Source of the DNA: Octopus vulgaris
Lineage: Eukaryota
Reading direction: 5' to 3'
NCBI GenBank assembly: GCA_951406725.2
Contig: OX597829.1
Coordinates: 18,910,001-18,974,000, forward strand
DNA: 64,000 bases
Shown here: in pieces, positions 42,865 to 57,918 of the stretch
Position numbering within the stretch: the stretch's first letter is position 1
How the letters are laid out: the number at the start of each line of letters is the position of its first letter
Position numbers and translations under genes: made by a program
Notes under the pieces: model-generated
Databases searched by the model: none
Told to the model about the DNA's origin: nothing
What the model saw: the letters and a program-made list of their open reading frames with translations, nothing else

Positions 42865-42927
42865 AGTGTATGATGCCGGAACAGAACGCTAATGACTTTT
42901 GTAAGAAAATGCTGGAAAAGGTGAAAG
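42865..42927 (+). CDS. Internal coding exon ((E)CMMPEQNANDFCKKMLEKVK+G; phase 1 to 1)
   Basis: tgtattttttatag acceptor and AAG|gtatgt donor. Joins the 34219-34294 exon in frame (G+AG = Glu). Confidence 0.7.
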
Positions 42928-44149
42928 GTATGTTAAAGGTCTACAGTTTCATTATTACCATTACCATTTGCTATTATTGTCATCATTATCATCATATCCA
43001 TCATCGGTGTCATCATCATCATCGTCGTTGTCGTCATCTTCATTATTGTAATGATCTGTGCGTTGTGATAAAGCAACTAACCAGTTTGTACTTTTCATGC
43101 ACTGGAATATTATAAAAGTTCTTCTGAGAAAGAAGAGGGGGAAAAATAGGAAGTAAAAAATAAATCAAATATGAAAAAAATGATGAAATAAAGCTATCTG
43201 TTCTTCCCTGTATTGGTTGTTTATTTGGCAGTGTTTGGCCTTTAATTACAATGATTAACATAAGTTTGGGAAGTGCAAGTACCAACCTGGAAACCAAACA
43301 AAAGAAACTGCATGAGTCTTGAGATGTGAATATAACTAAAGCAGTCTCAGCTCGTATGAACTTACTTCACTGTAGTTCACTCTACCCTAAACACACTTAA
43401 TATACCCCCATCACTCTTCTCGTTTCTCTAAGTGTTATTTAAACCCAGATATACTTCCTTTTACCTAAGGCTGTACCCAGTTTCTGCCCCATTCCCAACA
43501 ACCATCACTCACCTCCCTTGGAATTCTTCATCTATCTTCCGACCAAACCAATACCCAAAACAATATTAATTACACTAACAGCAAGAGTAATTAGCCATAT
43601 CTTTGGATCTAGGGGTGTTATTAGGATATAAGTAAGTATGCTATAGCCAAAGTAAAGTAAATGTAAACGGATCTTAGTTTTAACAGTGGGGTATTCAGTT
43701 GCCTGATCATCTACTGAATACTCATGGCTCATTAAGTGGGTATGTATAGTGGCTGAATATTCCAAAGACATGTGTACACTTAATGGAATCTTCAAATGGA
43801 ATCAGCACAACACTGGCTGGACTTTGAATTTATCGTCATCATCTTCACCATTATTATCATCAGCAGTAGCATTTAATGTCCCTTTTTTTTCCATGCTGGC
43901 ATGGATTGGATGGTTCTACAGAAATCAACAAGCCAAGAGGGCTGTTGGTTTCAATATCTGCTTTACCATGATTTCTACAGCTGGATGTCATTCCTAACAC
44001 CAGCCACTTTACAGAGTGCACTTGGTGTTTTTATCATGGTACCAAGTTGCTCACAAAATGATAACCTGCAAAGCACAGCTGACCTAACTTCATCCTGGGC
44101 CATCATCTTAAAATTAAATACCAAGAGTGATTGTATTATCTTTGATAAA

Positions 44150-46290
44150 ATGTAGTATCACAGAGGTATATTCCAAGAGGACATCCTGTCTGTGATGCTC
44201 TTCATGCTTTCAGTATACCCTTTATCATGTCATTCATGTTGAGGAAGTCTGAAGAATATTCCATTGGTTGACAAGGAGACAAAAGTACCATGATAACTGC
44301 TTTTTTTATGAATGACTTGGAGCTGTATGACAGGAATAAGTATGAGATGAACAAGAGTCTTGATTTAGCTATTACATTCTCAAAAGACATAGGCTAAACT
44401 TTAGTCGGGATAAATGTTCCTATATGGTTGTGAAATGAGGGAAAAACCAAACTAGCAGCATCACCATTAATGATTTGACTGTTTCTCTTATATCTGGTGA
44501 AGAATGCTACAGGTACCTAGGGATAGATGAAAGCACATTTCACAATGGTACCAGTAACAAGGAACATGCCACTATAACACCTTCAGATAAGAAAATTATT
44601 GACCTCATAATTCTCCACACACAGTAAAATAGTGGTTCACAATGTGTTTGCAGCACTAGTACTTGCACCAATGTTTGGACTACTGAAATAAACATTTGAT
44701 AAGATCTATGCCATTGATACTGAAGCTACTGACCAGCTCAAATAATTTTCACATTCACAGTGATGTAAACTACCTCTTCCTAAAACAAAAATATGGAAGC
44801 AGAGCGTTTTTGAATGTCACATCATACTCCTTCAGAAAATCTATTAACCAGTAAGTGTTGAACTGCATTCGTTGACCAAGTCTGTATGCATGAGGTAGAT
44901 AACATCATGAGACCTGGAAAGTCGCTCTTCCAAGAAATATTCTCTACCTGATAACCTCAAATATTTGCCCAAAGAAGTTGTATGACTTTCTTGCTTCATA
45001 TCATCCGATGAAAGGACGAGTGCATATCAGCAAAAAACCATGCATGGATATGTTGGCATAAGGCTCCAGGACGACAGCAACATTGGTCAATCAAAGCAGT
45101 CTATTATGGACCAACAACTGAATTACTAACTTTCACTTAAAAGAGTGTACATTTGTGACCAGGAACAGGGAAATAGCTTCCAAATTTCTGATACACAAAA
45201 GGAACGGAGACAAGAAAAATCCTGAAATGTGATAACTAATGCAAATTTTGTGATGTTTGCACTGAAGATATATATCACACACACTGGCTTCCGTGCCGGT
45301 GGCATGTAAAATGCACCAATCCGACCGTGACTGTTGCCAGCCTCACCTGGCACCTGTGCGGGTGGCACGTAAAAAGCACCCACTACACTCACGGAGTGGT
45401 TGGCGTTAGGAAGGGCATCCAGCTGTAGAAACATTGCCAGATAAGACTGGAGCCTGGTGCAGCCTTCTGGCTTTCCAGATCCCCGGTCGAACCGTCCAAC
45501 CCATGCTAGCATGGAGAACGGACGTTAAACGATGATGATGATGATCATCATCATCATCATACATATTTCTGCAAAAATGTCATCGCATTATTATCTACCA
45601 ATGAGACACAATGTTGTAGCTAAGACACTGTACAATGGAATCCATCAGAAGGACAATTCTGAAACCAAGATATAAGAACCTACGGTGTGAGGCCATAATA
45701 ACTCTTAGCATTGAAATTCTCAATAAAATGCAAACATAACAGAGAAAATATAGTGATCTGGGATGTGGAAGAAAAACTATTTAGTGGAAATCAGCTGCCC
45801 AGTGGATGTTAATATAAAGCTAAAGATCAGTGAGAAAGAAAGTACCTACAATGAGCTATTGAGAAATGAGACATCTACAGCTACTCTACCCAGATTACAA
45901 GTTCAGGTTTATACCCGTAATTACTGGGGCACTGGGATATGTAACACACTGCCTAAGTGCCAATCTTGAGAAATTAGGGTTCTCAAAACCAGAAATGAGA
46001 AAGCTGATTCAAAGACTACAGATCCAATCCATCACTGGAACTGTAAAAATTCTGTAAAACTTTCCAAAAGCTTATCATTTAAGTATATATGGGCATGTCT
46101 AGACATGCAACTATATGCATGAGAATATATACACAAAACATAAATCTGCATATGCACTGACTCCAAATACTGCACACATACATACATGCAAAAATACCGT
46201 GTTGATGTTGTTGAAATTGCAATGCAGGAACCTTAGATCTAGGTTAGAAACCAGCTCTTCCTCCATGGGCAGGAAATCCAGAAATAAAAC
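44150..46290 (+). mobile_element. Old, heavily decayed RLE-type LINE (RT remnant plus endonuclease)
   Basis: Scattered frames give RGIFQEDILS, FMNDL, YRYLGID, RHNVVAK, EISCPVD and FIPVITGALG, with many stops and frameshifts. Confidence 0.7.
45282..45560 (+). mobile_element. RTE-like LINE 3'UTR fragment inserted into an older RLE LINE
   Basis: Same 3'UTR. It interrupts the zinc-knuckle/RHN region of the 44150-46290 element. Confidence 0.75.
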
Positions 46291-46629
46291 TAAATAATAT
46301 ACATACATAAATAAGTATTTGGGTTGATTTCTTTGAGTAGATCTTTCAAGGTGGTGCCTCTTCATGGCCACAGTCTATGACTAAAGCAAATAGAAAAAAG
46401 TTAAATAAAAAGGTGGGAGGGATATATGTAGAAATAAAGAGAATGATGTTAATTATGAATATCTACAATATAACGGAGGCAAAATATATCAAGAGAGCAT
46501 ATCACATACTAAATGTAAATATGGAACAATCTCTCACATTTAATATAGTGAGATGAAAAGCATTGATCATAGATTTTTCTAACCTCTACCAATAATGTTC
46601 TATATTTTATTTGTTTTTTTATTTATTTA

Positions 46630-47730
46630 CTCTTACTCTTTACTCTTTTACATGTTTCAGTCATTTGACTGCAGCTATGCTGGAGCACCGCCTTTAGTCA
46701 AGCAACTCGACCCCGGGACTTATTCTTTGTAAGCCCAGTACTTATTCTATCGGTCTCTTTTGCTGAACCGCTAAGTGATGGGGACGTAAACACACCAGCA
46801 TCGGTTGCCAAGCAATGCTAGGGGTACAAACACAGACACACAAACACATACACATACATACATATATACGACAGGCTTCTTTCAGGTTCCGTCTACCAAA
46901 TCCACTCACAAGGCATTGGTCAGCCCGGGGCTATAGCAGAAGACACTTGCCCAAGATGCCACGCAGTGGGACTGAACCCGGAACCATGTGGTTGGTTAGC
47001 AAGCTACTTACCACACAGCCACTCCTGCGCCTACTTATTTATTTATTCTTTTATTTGCTTCAGTCATTTGACTGTGGCCATGCTGGGGCACTGCCTTTAG
47101 TCGAACAAATCGACCCAAGGACTTATTCTTTGTAAGCCTAGTACTTATTCTATCGGTCTCTTTTGCTGAACTGCTAAGTTACAGAGATGTAAACACACCA
47201 ACATCGATTGTCAAGCGATGGAGAGGGGGAGAGAACAAACACAGACACACAAACATACACACACATACGCACATATATATATGGCATAGGTGCAGAAGTG
47301 GCTGTGTGTTAACTGAAAGAATCCCATTATATGTATATATAAGTGCGTGTGTGTGTGTATGTTTGTGTGTCTGTGTTTGTCCCCCCACCATTGCATGACA
47401 ACCAACGTTGGTGTGTTCATATCCCCGTAACTTAGTGGTTCGGCAAAAGAGACCAATAGAATAAGTACTAGGCTTACAAAGACTAAGTCCTGAGGTCGAT
47501 TTGTTCAACTAAAGGCGGTGCTCCAGCATGGCCACAGTCAAATTACTGAAATAAATAAAAGAATATATATATATATACGATGGGCTTCTTTCAGTTTCCG
47601 TCTACCAAATCCACTCACAAGGCTTTAGGTTATAGTAGAAGACACTTGCCCTAGGTCCCATGCAGTGGGACTGAACTCAGAACCATGTGGTTGGTAAGCA
47701 AGCTACTTACCATCAGCCACTCCTACACCT
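46630..47730. mobile_element. Cluster of four SINE family A pieces in mixed orientation
   Basis: 46630-47032 (-), 47045-47260 (-), 47285-47562 (+), 47577-47730 (-). Confidence 0.8.
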
Positions 47731-48030
47731 ATTTATTTACCTTTTATTTATTTATTTATTGAATGTGTGCAATTTGTTTTAATTATAATTGAAGCATTTA
47801 AAGGCAGCAAGTGGCAAAATCATTAACACACTTGGCAAAATGCTTAACAGCATTTTGTCTGTCTTTATGTTCTGAGTTCAAATTCTGCTGAGGTCAACTT
47901 TGCCTTTCATCTTTTCATTCTTTCGGGATAATAAAATAAGTACCATTCGAGTATTGGGGTGGGTGGGGGGGGTTCGATGTAAATGACTTACATCCTCCAA
48001 ACTTGTTACCTTTGTGCCAAAATTTTAAAC

Positions 48031-48908
<878 letters not shown>

Positions 48909-48912
48909 ATTA

Positions 48913-48976
<64 letters not shown>

Positions 48977-49434
48977 GGCAACACGCTGGAAGAATTTTTA
49001 GTATGCTGGGCAAAATGCTTAGTGGTATTTCATCTGTCCTTACGTTCTGAATTCAAATTCTACTGAGGTCGACTTTTGCCTTTCAGCTTTTTGGGGTTCA
49101 TAAAATAAGTACCAGTTGAACACTGGGGTTAGTGTAATCAGTTTAATCCCTTCCCCAAAATTACCAGCCTTGTGCCAAAATTTGAAACTATTATAATTAA
49201 AGCATTTAAGGCAGTGAGCTGGACAAAATGTTTAGAAGCATTTCTTCCAGTTTTATGTTCTGAGATCAAATGCTGTCGAGGTTTACTTTGTTTTTCATAC
49301 TTTTGGGGCTGATAAAATAAGTACCAGTTGAACACATGGGTCAATGAAATTAACAAACCACTTCCCAAAATTTCAGGATTTGTACCTATAATAGAAGGAA
49401 TTATAATTAAAACATTTACTTAATTAATACTAGT

Positions 49435-49715
49435 AAAAACCCCCTTCAGTCATGATTGACCATGGGATTTCATCGAGAAAGTTCTCCTCTGAGGCACAAA
49501 TCTGGGCAAGGTTGTTTCTGGAAGACCATCAATTGTCCATGCATACCATTCTCCCCTCTCCACACCACCGATGTTATCCAAATCAGAGGCAAAGGCTGAT
49601 ACAGCTTGGCACCAGTTATGTTGCAATTCATTTCTACAGCTGAGGGAACTGGAGTAATGTGAAATAAAGTGTCTTGCTCAAAAACACAACACAACAATAT
49701 ATATCCCAGTCCAGG
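49435..49715 (-). mobile_element. SINE-like family D (second copy at about 51685-52000)
   Basis: Two homologous copies sharing aacccctt..gtcatga and gaaataaagtgtc..gc.caa segments. Confidence 0.6.
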
Positions 49716-49716
49716 A

Positions 49717-49768
<52 letters not shown>

Positions 49769-49773
<5 letters not shown>

Positions 49774-51238
49774 CTATGGGAGCTCCTATATGCTGATGAC
49801 CTTGCTCTAATTGCTGAGTCACTATCAGAACTGGAGGAGAGGTTTCAGGTGTGGAAGCAAGGATTAGAATTGAAGGGCCTTAGAGTCAACCTAGCTAAAA
49901 CCAAAGTCCTAATAAGTAGGAAGGTAGACAAATCACAAACGCCTTCAGGTAGATGGCCCTGCTCAATCTGTAGAAAAGGCATAGGTAGAAACTCTATAAG
50001 ATGCACCAAGTGTAAGCTATGGACACATAAGAGGTGCAGCAATGTCAAAGGAAGGCTAACTAGGAAAATAGTTTTTGTATGTGGCAGATGCTCAGGAGCA
50101 ATAAACACTGAAAATGTGCAGAGACCAACTTCCACCACATTCCAGGGAGAAAAACTAGAAATAGTTGATAGCTTTCGTTACCTAGTAGACCAAGTCAGTA
50201 GCGGGGGTGGGTGTGCTGAAAGTGTAACTGCTGGAGTAAGAATAGCCTGGGCAAAGTTCAGAGAGCTCTTACCCCTGCTGGTTACAAAAGGCATCTCGCT
50301 CAGAGTAAAAGGCAGACTGTATGATGCATGTGTACGAACAGCCATGCTACATGGCAGTGAAACAGCCGTGACTGCTGAGGATATGCGTAAGCTTGCAAGA
50401 AATGAAGCCAGTATGCTCCGATAGATGTGTAATGTCAGTGTTCATACTCGACTGAGTGTAAGTACCTTGAGAGAAAAGTTGGACCTAAGAAGCATCAGTT
50501 GTGGTGTGCAAGAGAGACGTTTGTGCTGGTATGGACATGTGACGAGAATGGATGAAGATAGTTGTGTGAAAAAGTGCCACACCCTAGCAGTTGAGGGAAC
50601 CTGTGGAAGAGGTAAACCTGGGACGAGGTGGTGAAGCACGACCTTCAAACTTTAGGTCTCACTGAGGAAATGACTAGAGACCAAGACCTATGGAAGTATG
50701 CTGTGCGTGAGAAGATCCGGCAGGACAAGTGAGACCATAACCCATGGCCTCTACCTGAGATGTAGCCAGTCCACGTATGCATACCTGTCCTTCTTTGGAC
50801 ACAAAACTCAGCTTGTGAAGACCTGTTGAGGCAAGTGAGAATCAGAATCAAAATCGAAATCGATCAACATCAATGGAAATTGTAGCTGTGATACCAGTGC
50901 CGGTGGCACGTAAGCAAACCATCTGAACATGGCCGTTGCCAGCCTCACCTGGCCCCCGTGCTGGTGGCATGTAAAAAGCACCATCCAATCGTGACTGTTG
51001 CCACCCTCGCCTGGCCCCCGTGCCGGTGGCATGTAAATAGCACCATCTGACTGTGGCCATTTGCCAGCCCCGTCTGGCACGTAAAAAGCACCCACTACAC
51101 TCATGAAGTGGTTGGCGTTAGGAAGGGCATCCAGCCGTAGAAACATTGCCAGATCAGACTGGGCCTGGTGCAGCCTTCTGGCCTCCCAGACCCCAGTTGA
51201 AGCGTCCAACCCATGCTAGCATGGGAAGCGGATGCTAA

Positions 51239-51273
<35 letters not shown>
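49769..51273 (+). mobile_element. RTE-like LINE, 5'-truncated at the YADD region, with stop and indels
   Basis: LLYADDLAL, C4HC3 finger, FRYL, LCWYGHV, 3'UTR subrepeats and (GAT)n tail. Flanked by (TA)n on both sides. Confidence 0.92.
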
Positions 51274-51274
<1 letters not shown>

Positions 51275-51279
51275 TATAT

Positions 51280-51383
<104 letters not shown>

Positions 51384-51469
51384 ATATATATGTATGTATA
51401 TATGTATATATATATGTATATATATGTATATACACACACACACACACACATATATATATTTCTTCACTA

Positions 51470-51677
51470 CCCAGAAGGGGTTAAACACAGAGGAGACAAA
51501 CAAGGACAGACAAAGGGATTAAGTCGATCACATCGACCCAGTGCGTAACTGGTACTTAATTTATCGACCCCGAAAGGATGAAAGGCAAAGTCGACCTTGG
51601 CGGAATTTGAACTCGGAACGTAACGACAGACGAAATACGGCAACGCATTTCGCCCGGCGTGCTAACGTTTCTGCCAG
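51470..51677 (-). mobile_element. SINE family B, low divergence. Others near 5550-6140, 8000-8195, 31760-31965, 37690-38125, 47800-48030 and 48975-49390
   Basis: CpG-retaining copy of the family B consensus. Confidence 0.8.
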
Positions 51678-52290
51678 TGTAATGGTAAAGAACCCCTTCG
51701 GTCATGAATGAGCATGGGATTGCCCTTGAAATCTCCCCTCTCAGGCACAAGTCCAGGCAAGATCGTTTATGGAAAACCAGCAGTCACCCATGCATCCCAG
51801 CCTCCCCTCTTCACATCAATAATGTTATCCAAGGGAGCAGCAAAAGCCGATACTGCTTGGCACCAGTGACATTGTTACTCATTTCTACAGCTGAGTGAAC
51901 TGAAATAACATGAAATAAAGTGTCCTGCCCAAGAACACAACACACATCCCAGTCCAGGAATTGAACTCGCTACCTCAAGATTATGAGTTTGGATGCTCTA
52001 GTCAATGAGTCATACTAAGATCAGCACTAAATTGAACAGTAGCACCAACATTCGTAAGAAACGAAGATGAACTAAAAGCATTGCCGACACGAAGGGCAAC
52101 TGGCCATGAAACACTGTCTCAGAAAACCTGTACGACTTTACGAAGACATGGAAAAAAAATCAGAGGTAAAATGATGGTGATGGTGGTGGTGGTAACGATA
52201 AAGATAGTTATGATGATGATGATGAGGATGACACTGATGATACTGATGCCAATGGTGACAATGATGACGATGACAATGACAACAATGACA

Positions 52291-52337
<47 letters not shown>

Positions 52338-52397
52338 GATAGGAATGACGATGATAATCGTAATATTACTCGTTATCAAGGTAACAATACTCCTGCT

Positions 52398-52428
<31 letters not shown>

Positions 52429-53485
52429 TTGATGATGGTGAAGATGATGATGATATCGACAATGATAATAACAGTGATGATGATGATCATGATGATATTT
52501 GTTTGTCTTCTCCTCTTCTTCACTCCATTTCTTTCTTTCTTTTTTTTTAACGTTTGCCACACTCCAGCATCCGGTCTCATTCCTTTTTTTTTTGTTTTTA
52601 CTTCTCACCTTCCATCTCCTCTCCCCCCCCCACACCTGCCTGTCTTCCCTTATTTCTTTCATTCCTTCTCCCCTTCTTTCCCTTTCAATTCTTTTTTCTT
52701 TCTTTTCATTAATTTTTTTTTCTCTATTATATTTTCTCATTTTGTCTCTTTCAATTATAAGCCCTAGCCTAATTATATATACCCACTTTGTACAGTCTAT
52801 TGACTCGGCTCTTCATCTTTCCACCTCTCCTTCTCTCTCCCTCTCCCCCTCTCCCACTTCTTCCAAACATTCTGATTTTGAGCCCCACTTCTTTTTTTTT
52901 ATTCCACCCCTAACTCTCCTTCATACTATAAAACTTGAAGCTTTATTTCTATTTTTTTTGGTTAATTTTTACCTTAATTCTATGGGTTTTTAAAATATTT
53001 TTGTATGTTTAGTATTTCTGCTGACATTATTCCCTTGGAATTTATATTGGATTTTTCTTTTTTTGGTCTTTTTTTTTTGGATGGTACTCTGGGTTTCACA
53101 AAAATTCTTCCAGTCATTGTTTTTTTCCCATTCCTTAGCTGTTGCTAATAATATTTTTGATACAATTTTGATTCTTGCTTTTGGAAATGTATATGTATGC
53201 ATGTGGGCATGTATGTGCTTGCGCATGTGTGTGTGTCTGAATGTCTGTCTGTGTGTGCACATGCATATTTGTGTGAGTGAAATATTGTTTCTTTGAGTAT
53301 GTGTGTGTGAATGTGAATGTGCTTGTGTGTATGTATGCATTTATGTATGCATGTGTGTGTGTGTTTATGTATGCATATATGCATGTGTACATATATGCAT
53401 ATGTATGTTCGGATGTGTATGCATATGCATTTACATACCTATGTGTGAGTACATTCCTGTTTGTATGTGTTTATGCATGTGTGTA

Positions 53486-53542
<57 letters not shown>

Positions 53543-53965
53543 TTATGTATGTATGCATATGTAGGCTTGGATGTGCATGTATACACATGTATATATGCAT
53601 GCATATACATACATGTGTACGAGTACATTTATGTGTGTGTGTTTGCTTGTATGTGTGTATATGTGTGTTTGCATGTGTGTGTGTGTGTGTGTGTGTATGT
53701 GTGTATGCGTGTGTGTATGTATGTTTATGTATGTATGCATATGTAGGCTTGGATGTGCATGTATACACATGTATATATGCATGCATATACATACATGTGT
53801 ACGAGTACATTTATGTGTGTGTGTTTGCTTGTATGTGTGTATATGTGTGTTTGCATGTGTGTGTGTGTGTGTGTTGTGTGTGTAGAACAAGTTAGATAGC
53901 TGTAGTGGGTAACAAAAACACAGAAATAAAGTGAATTTAAATTAGGTACCTGCTCTAATACTATC

Positions 53966-55048
<1,083 letters not shown>

Positions 55049-55097
55049 ATATATATATACTTATATATATATACACACACACATATATATATGTGTA

Positions 55098-56657
55098 AGT
55101 AAGGTGAGGGTTGGCAAATAAGGTGAGGGTTGGCAAGTAAGGTGAGGGTTGGCAACGAGTACACTAAAGAATTCAGAGTAGAGGTAGGGGTCCACCAAGG
55201 TTCAGTCCTCAACCCCCTCCTATTTATCATAGTCCTCCAGGCAATAACGGAGGAATTCAAGATAGGATGCCCCTGGGAGCTCCTATATGCTGATGACCTT
55301 GCTCTAATTGCTGAGTCACTATCAGAACTAGAGGCAAAGTTTCAAGTGTGGAGGCAAGGATTAGAATCGAAGGGCCTTAAAATCAACCTAGCTAAAACCA
55401 AAGTCCTAATATGTAGGAAGGCAGGCAAATCACAAACGCCTTCAGGTAGATGGCCCTGCTCGATCTGTAGAAAAGGCGTAGGTAGAAACTCTTTAAGATG
55501 CACCAAGTGTAAGCTATGGACACATAAGAGGTGCAGCAATGTCAAAGGAAGGCTAACTAGGAAAATAGTTTTTGTATGTGGCAGATGCTCAGGAGCAATA
55601 AACACTGAAAATGCACAGAGACCAACTTCCGCCACATTCCAGGGAGAAAAACTAGAAATAGTTGATAGCTTCCGTTACCTAGGTGACCAAGTCAGTAGCA
55701 GGGGTGGCTGTGCTGAAAGTGTAATTGCTAGAGTAAGAATAGCCTGGGCAAAGTTCAGAGAGCTCTTACCTCTGCTAGTGACAAAAGGCCTCTCGCTCAG
55801 AATAAAAGGCAGACTGTATGATGCATGTGTACGAACAGCCATGCTACATGGCAGTGAAACTTGGGCCGTGACTGCTGAGGATATGTGTAAGCTCGCAAGA
55901 AATGAAGCCAGTATGCTCCGATGGATGTGTAATGTCAGTGTCCATACTCGACAGAGTGTAAGTACCTTGAGGGAAAAGTTGAACCTAAGAAGCATCAGTT
56001 GTGGTGTGCAAGAGAGTCGTTTGTGCTGGAATGGTCATGTAGTGAGAATGGATGAAGATAGTTGTATGAAAAAGTGCCTCACCCTGGCGGTTGAGGGAAC
56101 CTGTGGAAGAGGTAGACCCAGGAAAACCTGGGATGAGGTGGTGAAGAACGACTTCGAACTTTAGGTCTCACCGAGAAAATGACTTGAGACCGAGACCTTT
56201 GGAAGTATGCTGTGCATGGGAAGACCCGGCAGGACAAGTGAGACCATAACTCGTGGCTTCTACCTGGGACGTAGCCAGCCCACTTATGCATACCTTTCCT
56301 TCTTGTGACACAAACCCTACTTGTGAAGACCTGTTGAGGCAAGTGAAAATCAAAATCGAAATTGAATGTTTCAGCATCAATGGAAATTGTAGCTGAGATA
56401 CCAGTGCCGGTGGCACGTAAAAAGCACCATCCGATCGTGGCTGTTTGCCAGCCTCGTCTGGCACCTGTGCAGGTGGCACGTAAAAAGCACCCACTACACT
56501 CTCGGAGTGGTTGGCGTTAGGAAGGGTATCCAGCTGTAGAAACACTGCCAGATCAGACTGGGCCTGGCGCAGCCTTCTGGCTTCCCAGACCCCAGTTGAA
56601 CCATCCAACCCATGCTAGCATGGAAAACGGTCATTAAACGATGATGATGATGATGAT
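55098..56657 (+). mobile_element. RTE-like LINE, longest copy (344-aa RT remnant at 55130-56164)
   Basis: GVHQGSVLNPLLF, YADD, PHD-type finger, FRYLG, GRPRKTW, and (GAT)n tail. Confidence 0.95.
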
Positions 56658-56770
56658 ATATATATATACTATAATAATTATTTGAGGGAATATTAATCCT
56701 AACTTACAAGGAAAAAATTCAAATTAGAAATACTAAATCAAAGTTAACACAATATATTATATATATATAA

Positions 56771-56931
56771 AATTAGAAAAAAAGACACCTTTTATCAATT
56801 CAAAATGAACAATTAAATTACACCATCTAGAAAATTACATATAATAGAAATATTTCTATTATATGTAATTTTCTAGATGGTGTAATTTAATTGTTCATTT
56901 TGAATTGATAAAAGGTGTTTTTTTTCTAATT
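56771..56931. repeat. Spacerless AT-rich palindrome centred at 56851/56852
   Basis: ...catataatagaaat|atttctattatatg..., with ~80-bp arms. Confidence 0.92.
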
Positions 56932-57124
56932 TCTATATATAATATATATATATATATATTAGAAGAAATGAGGTAATCAGAAGATCGGATGGTTTATATT
57001 TACAGATATTTATTTATATATTACATTTTTTATATATATATATCATATCACTTAGATCATTAGCGCTTTCTCCCATTCTAGTGGGGTTTTCAAATCAAAA
57101 AAATATATATATGTATTGTAAGTA

Positions 57125-57282
57125 TAGGCACATGTGTGGCTGTGTGGTAAGAAGCTTACTTCCCAACTACTTGGCTCTGGGTTCAGTTCCACTGCATGGC
57201 ACATTGAGCAAGTGTCTTCTACTATAGCCTTGAGCTTACCAAAGCCTTGTGTGTGGATTTGGAAGGAGGAAACAAGCCTGTC

Positions 57283-57326
<44 letters not shown>

Positions 57327-57535
57327 TTGTGTGTCTGTGTTTGTTCACCCTACTATCACTTGACAACCAATGTTGGTATGTTTACATCCCCGTAATTTAG
57401 TGGTTTGGCAAAAGAGATTGGTGGAATAAGTACTAAGTTTACAAAGAATAAATCCTTGGATCGATTTGTTTGGGTAAATGCGGTGTTACAGCATGGCCAC
57501 ACTCAAATGACTGAAACAAGTAAAACAATAAAAGA
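57125..57535 (+). mobile_element. SINE family A, diverged
   Basis: Same consensus. Confidence 0.7.
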
Positions 57536-57856
57536 ATATATATATCATCATCATCATTGTTATCATCAATTAACATCTACTTTCCATGCTGGCATGGGTT
57601 GGAATGTTTGACATGGAGTTGTCAGACCACAATTGTCTGTTTTGCTTTCTATGGTTAGATGCCTGCCGTAAGGCCAACTGCTCAATAGAGTGTCCTGGGT
57701 GCTTTTTACACCTGTATTTACACAACACCTGCACATGTGCATTTATGCAACACCTACACCTAAAAGACAAACCTGGGTATGCAGAAGACAATGATTTTAC
57801 TTAGCTTGATGTGTGTCTTATTGAGAACAACAAATCACCACACCTCCCAATCCCTT

Positions 57857-57918
<62 letters not shown>

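Noticed and set aside
43640-43800. Old RTE fragment on the minus strand (KTKIRLHLLYFGY)
   Set aside because: A single short motif, too decayed to call.
50897-51095. CRISPR-like repeat-spacer appearance
   Set aside because: Repeats are degenerate, the linkers are homologous to each other, they lie in a LINE 3'UTR, there are no cas genes and the context is eukaryotic.
52081-52767. 228-aa Met-rich hydrophobic ORF
   Set aside because: (ATG)n microsatellite followed by pyrimidine-rich low-complexity sequence.
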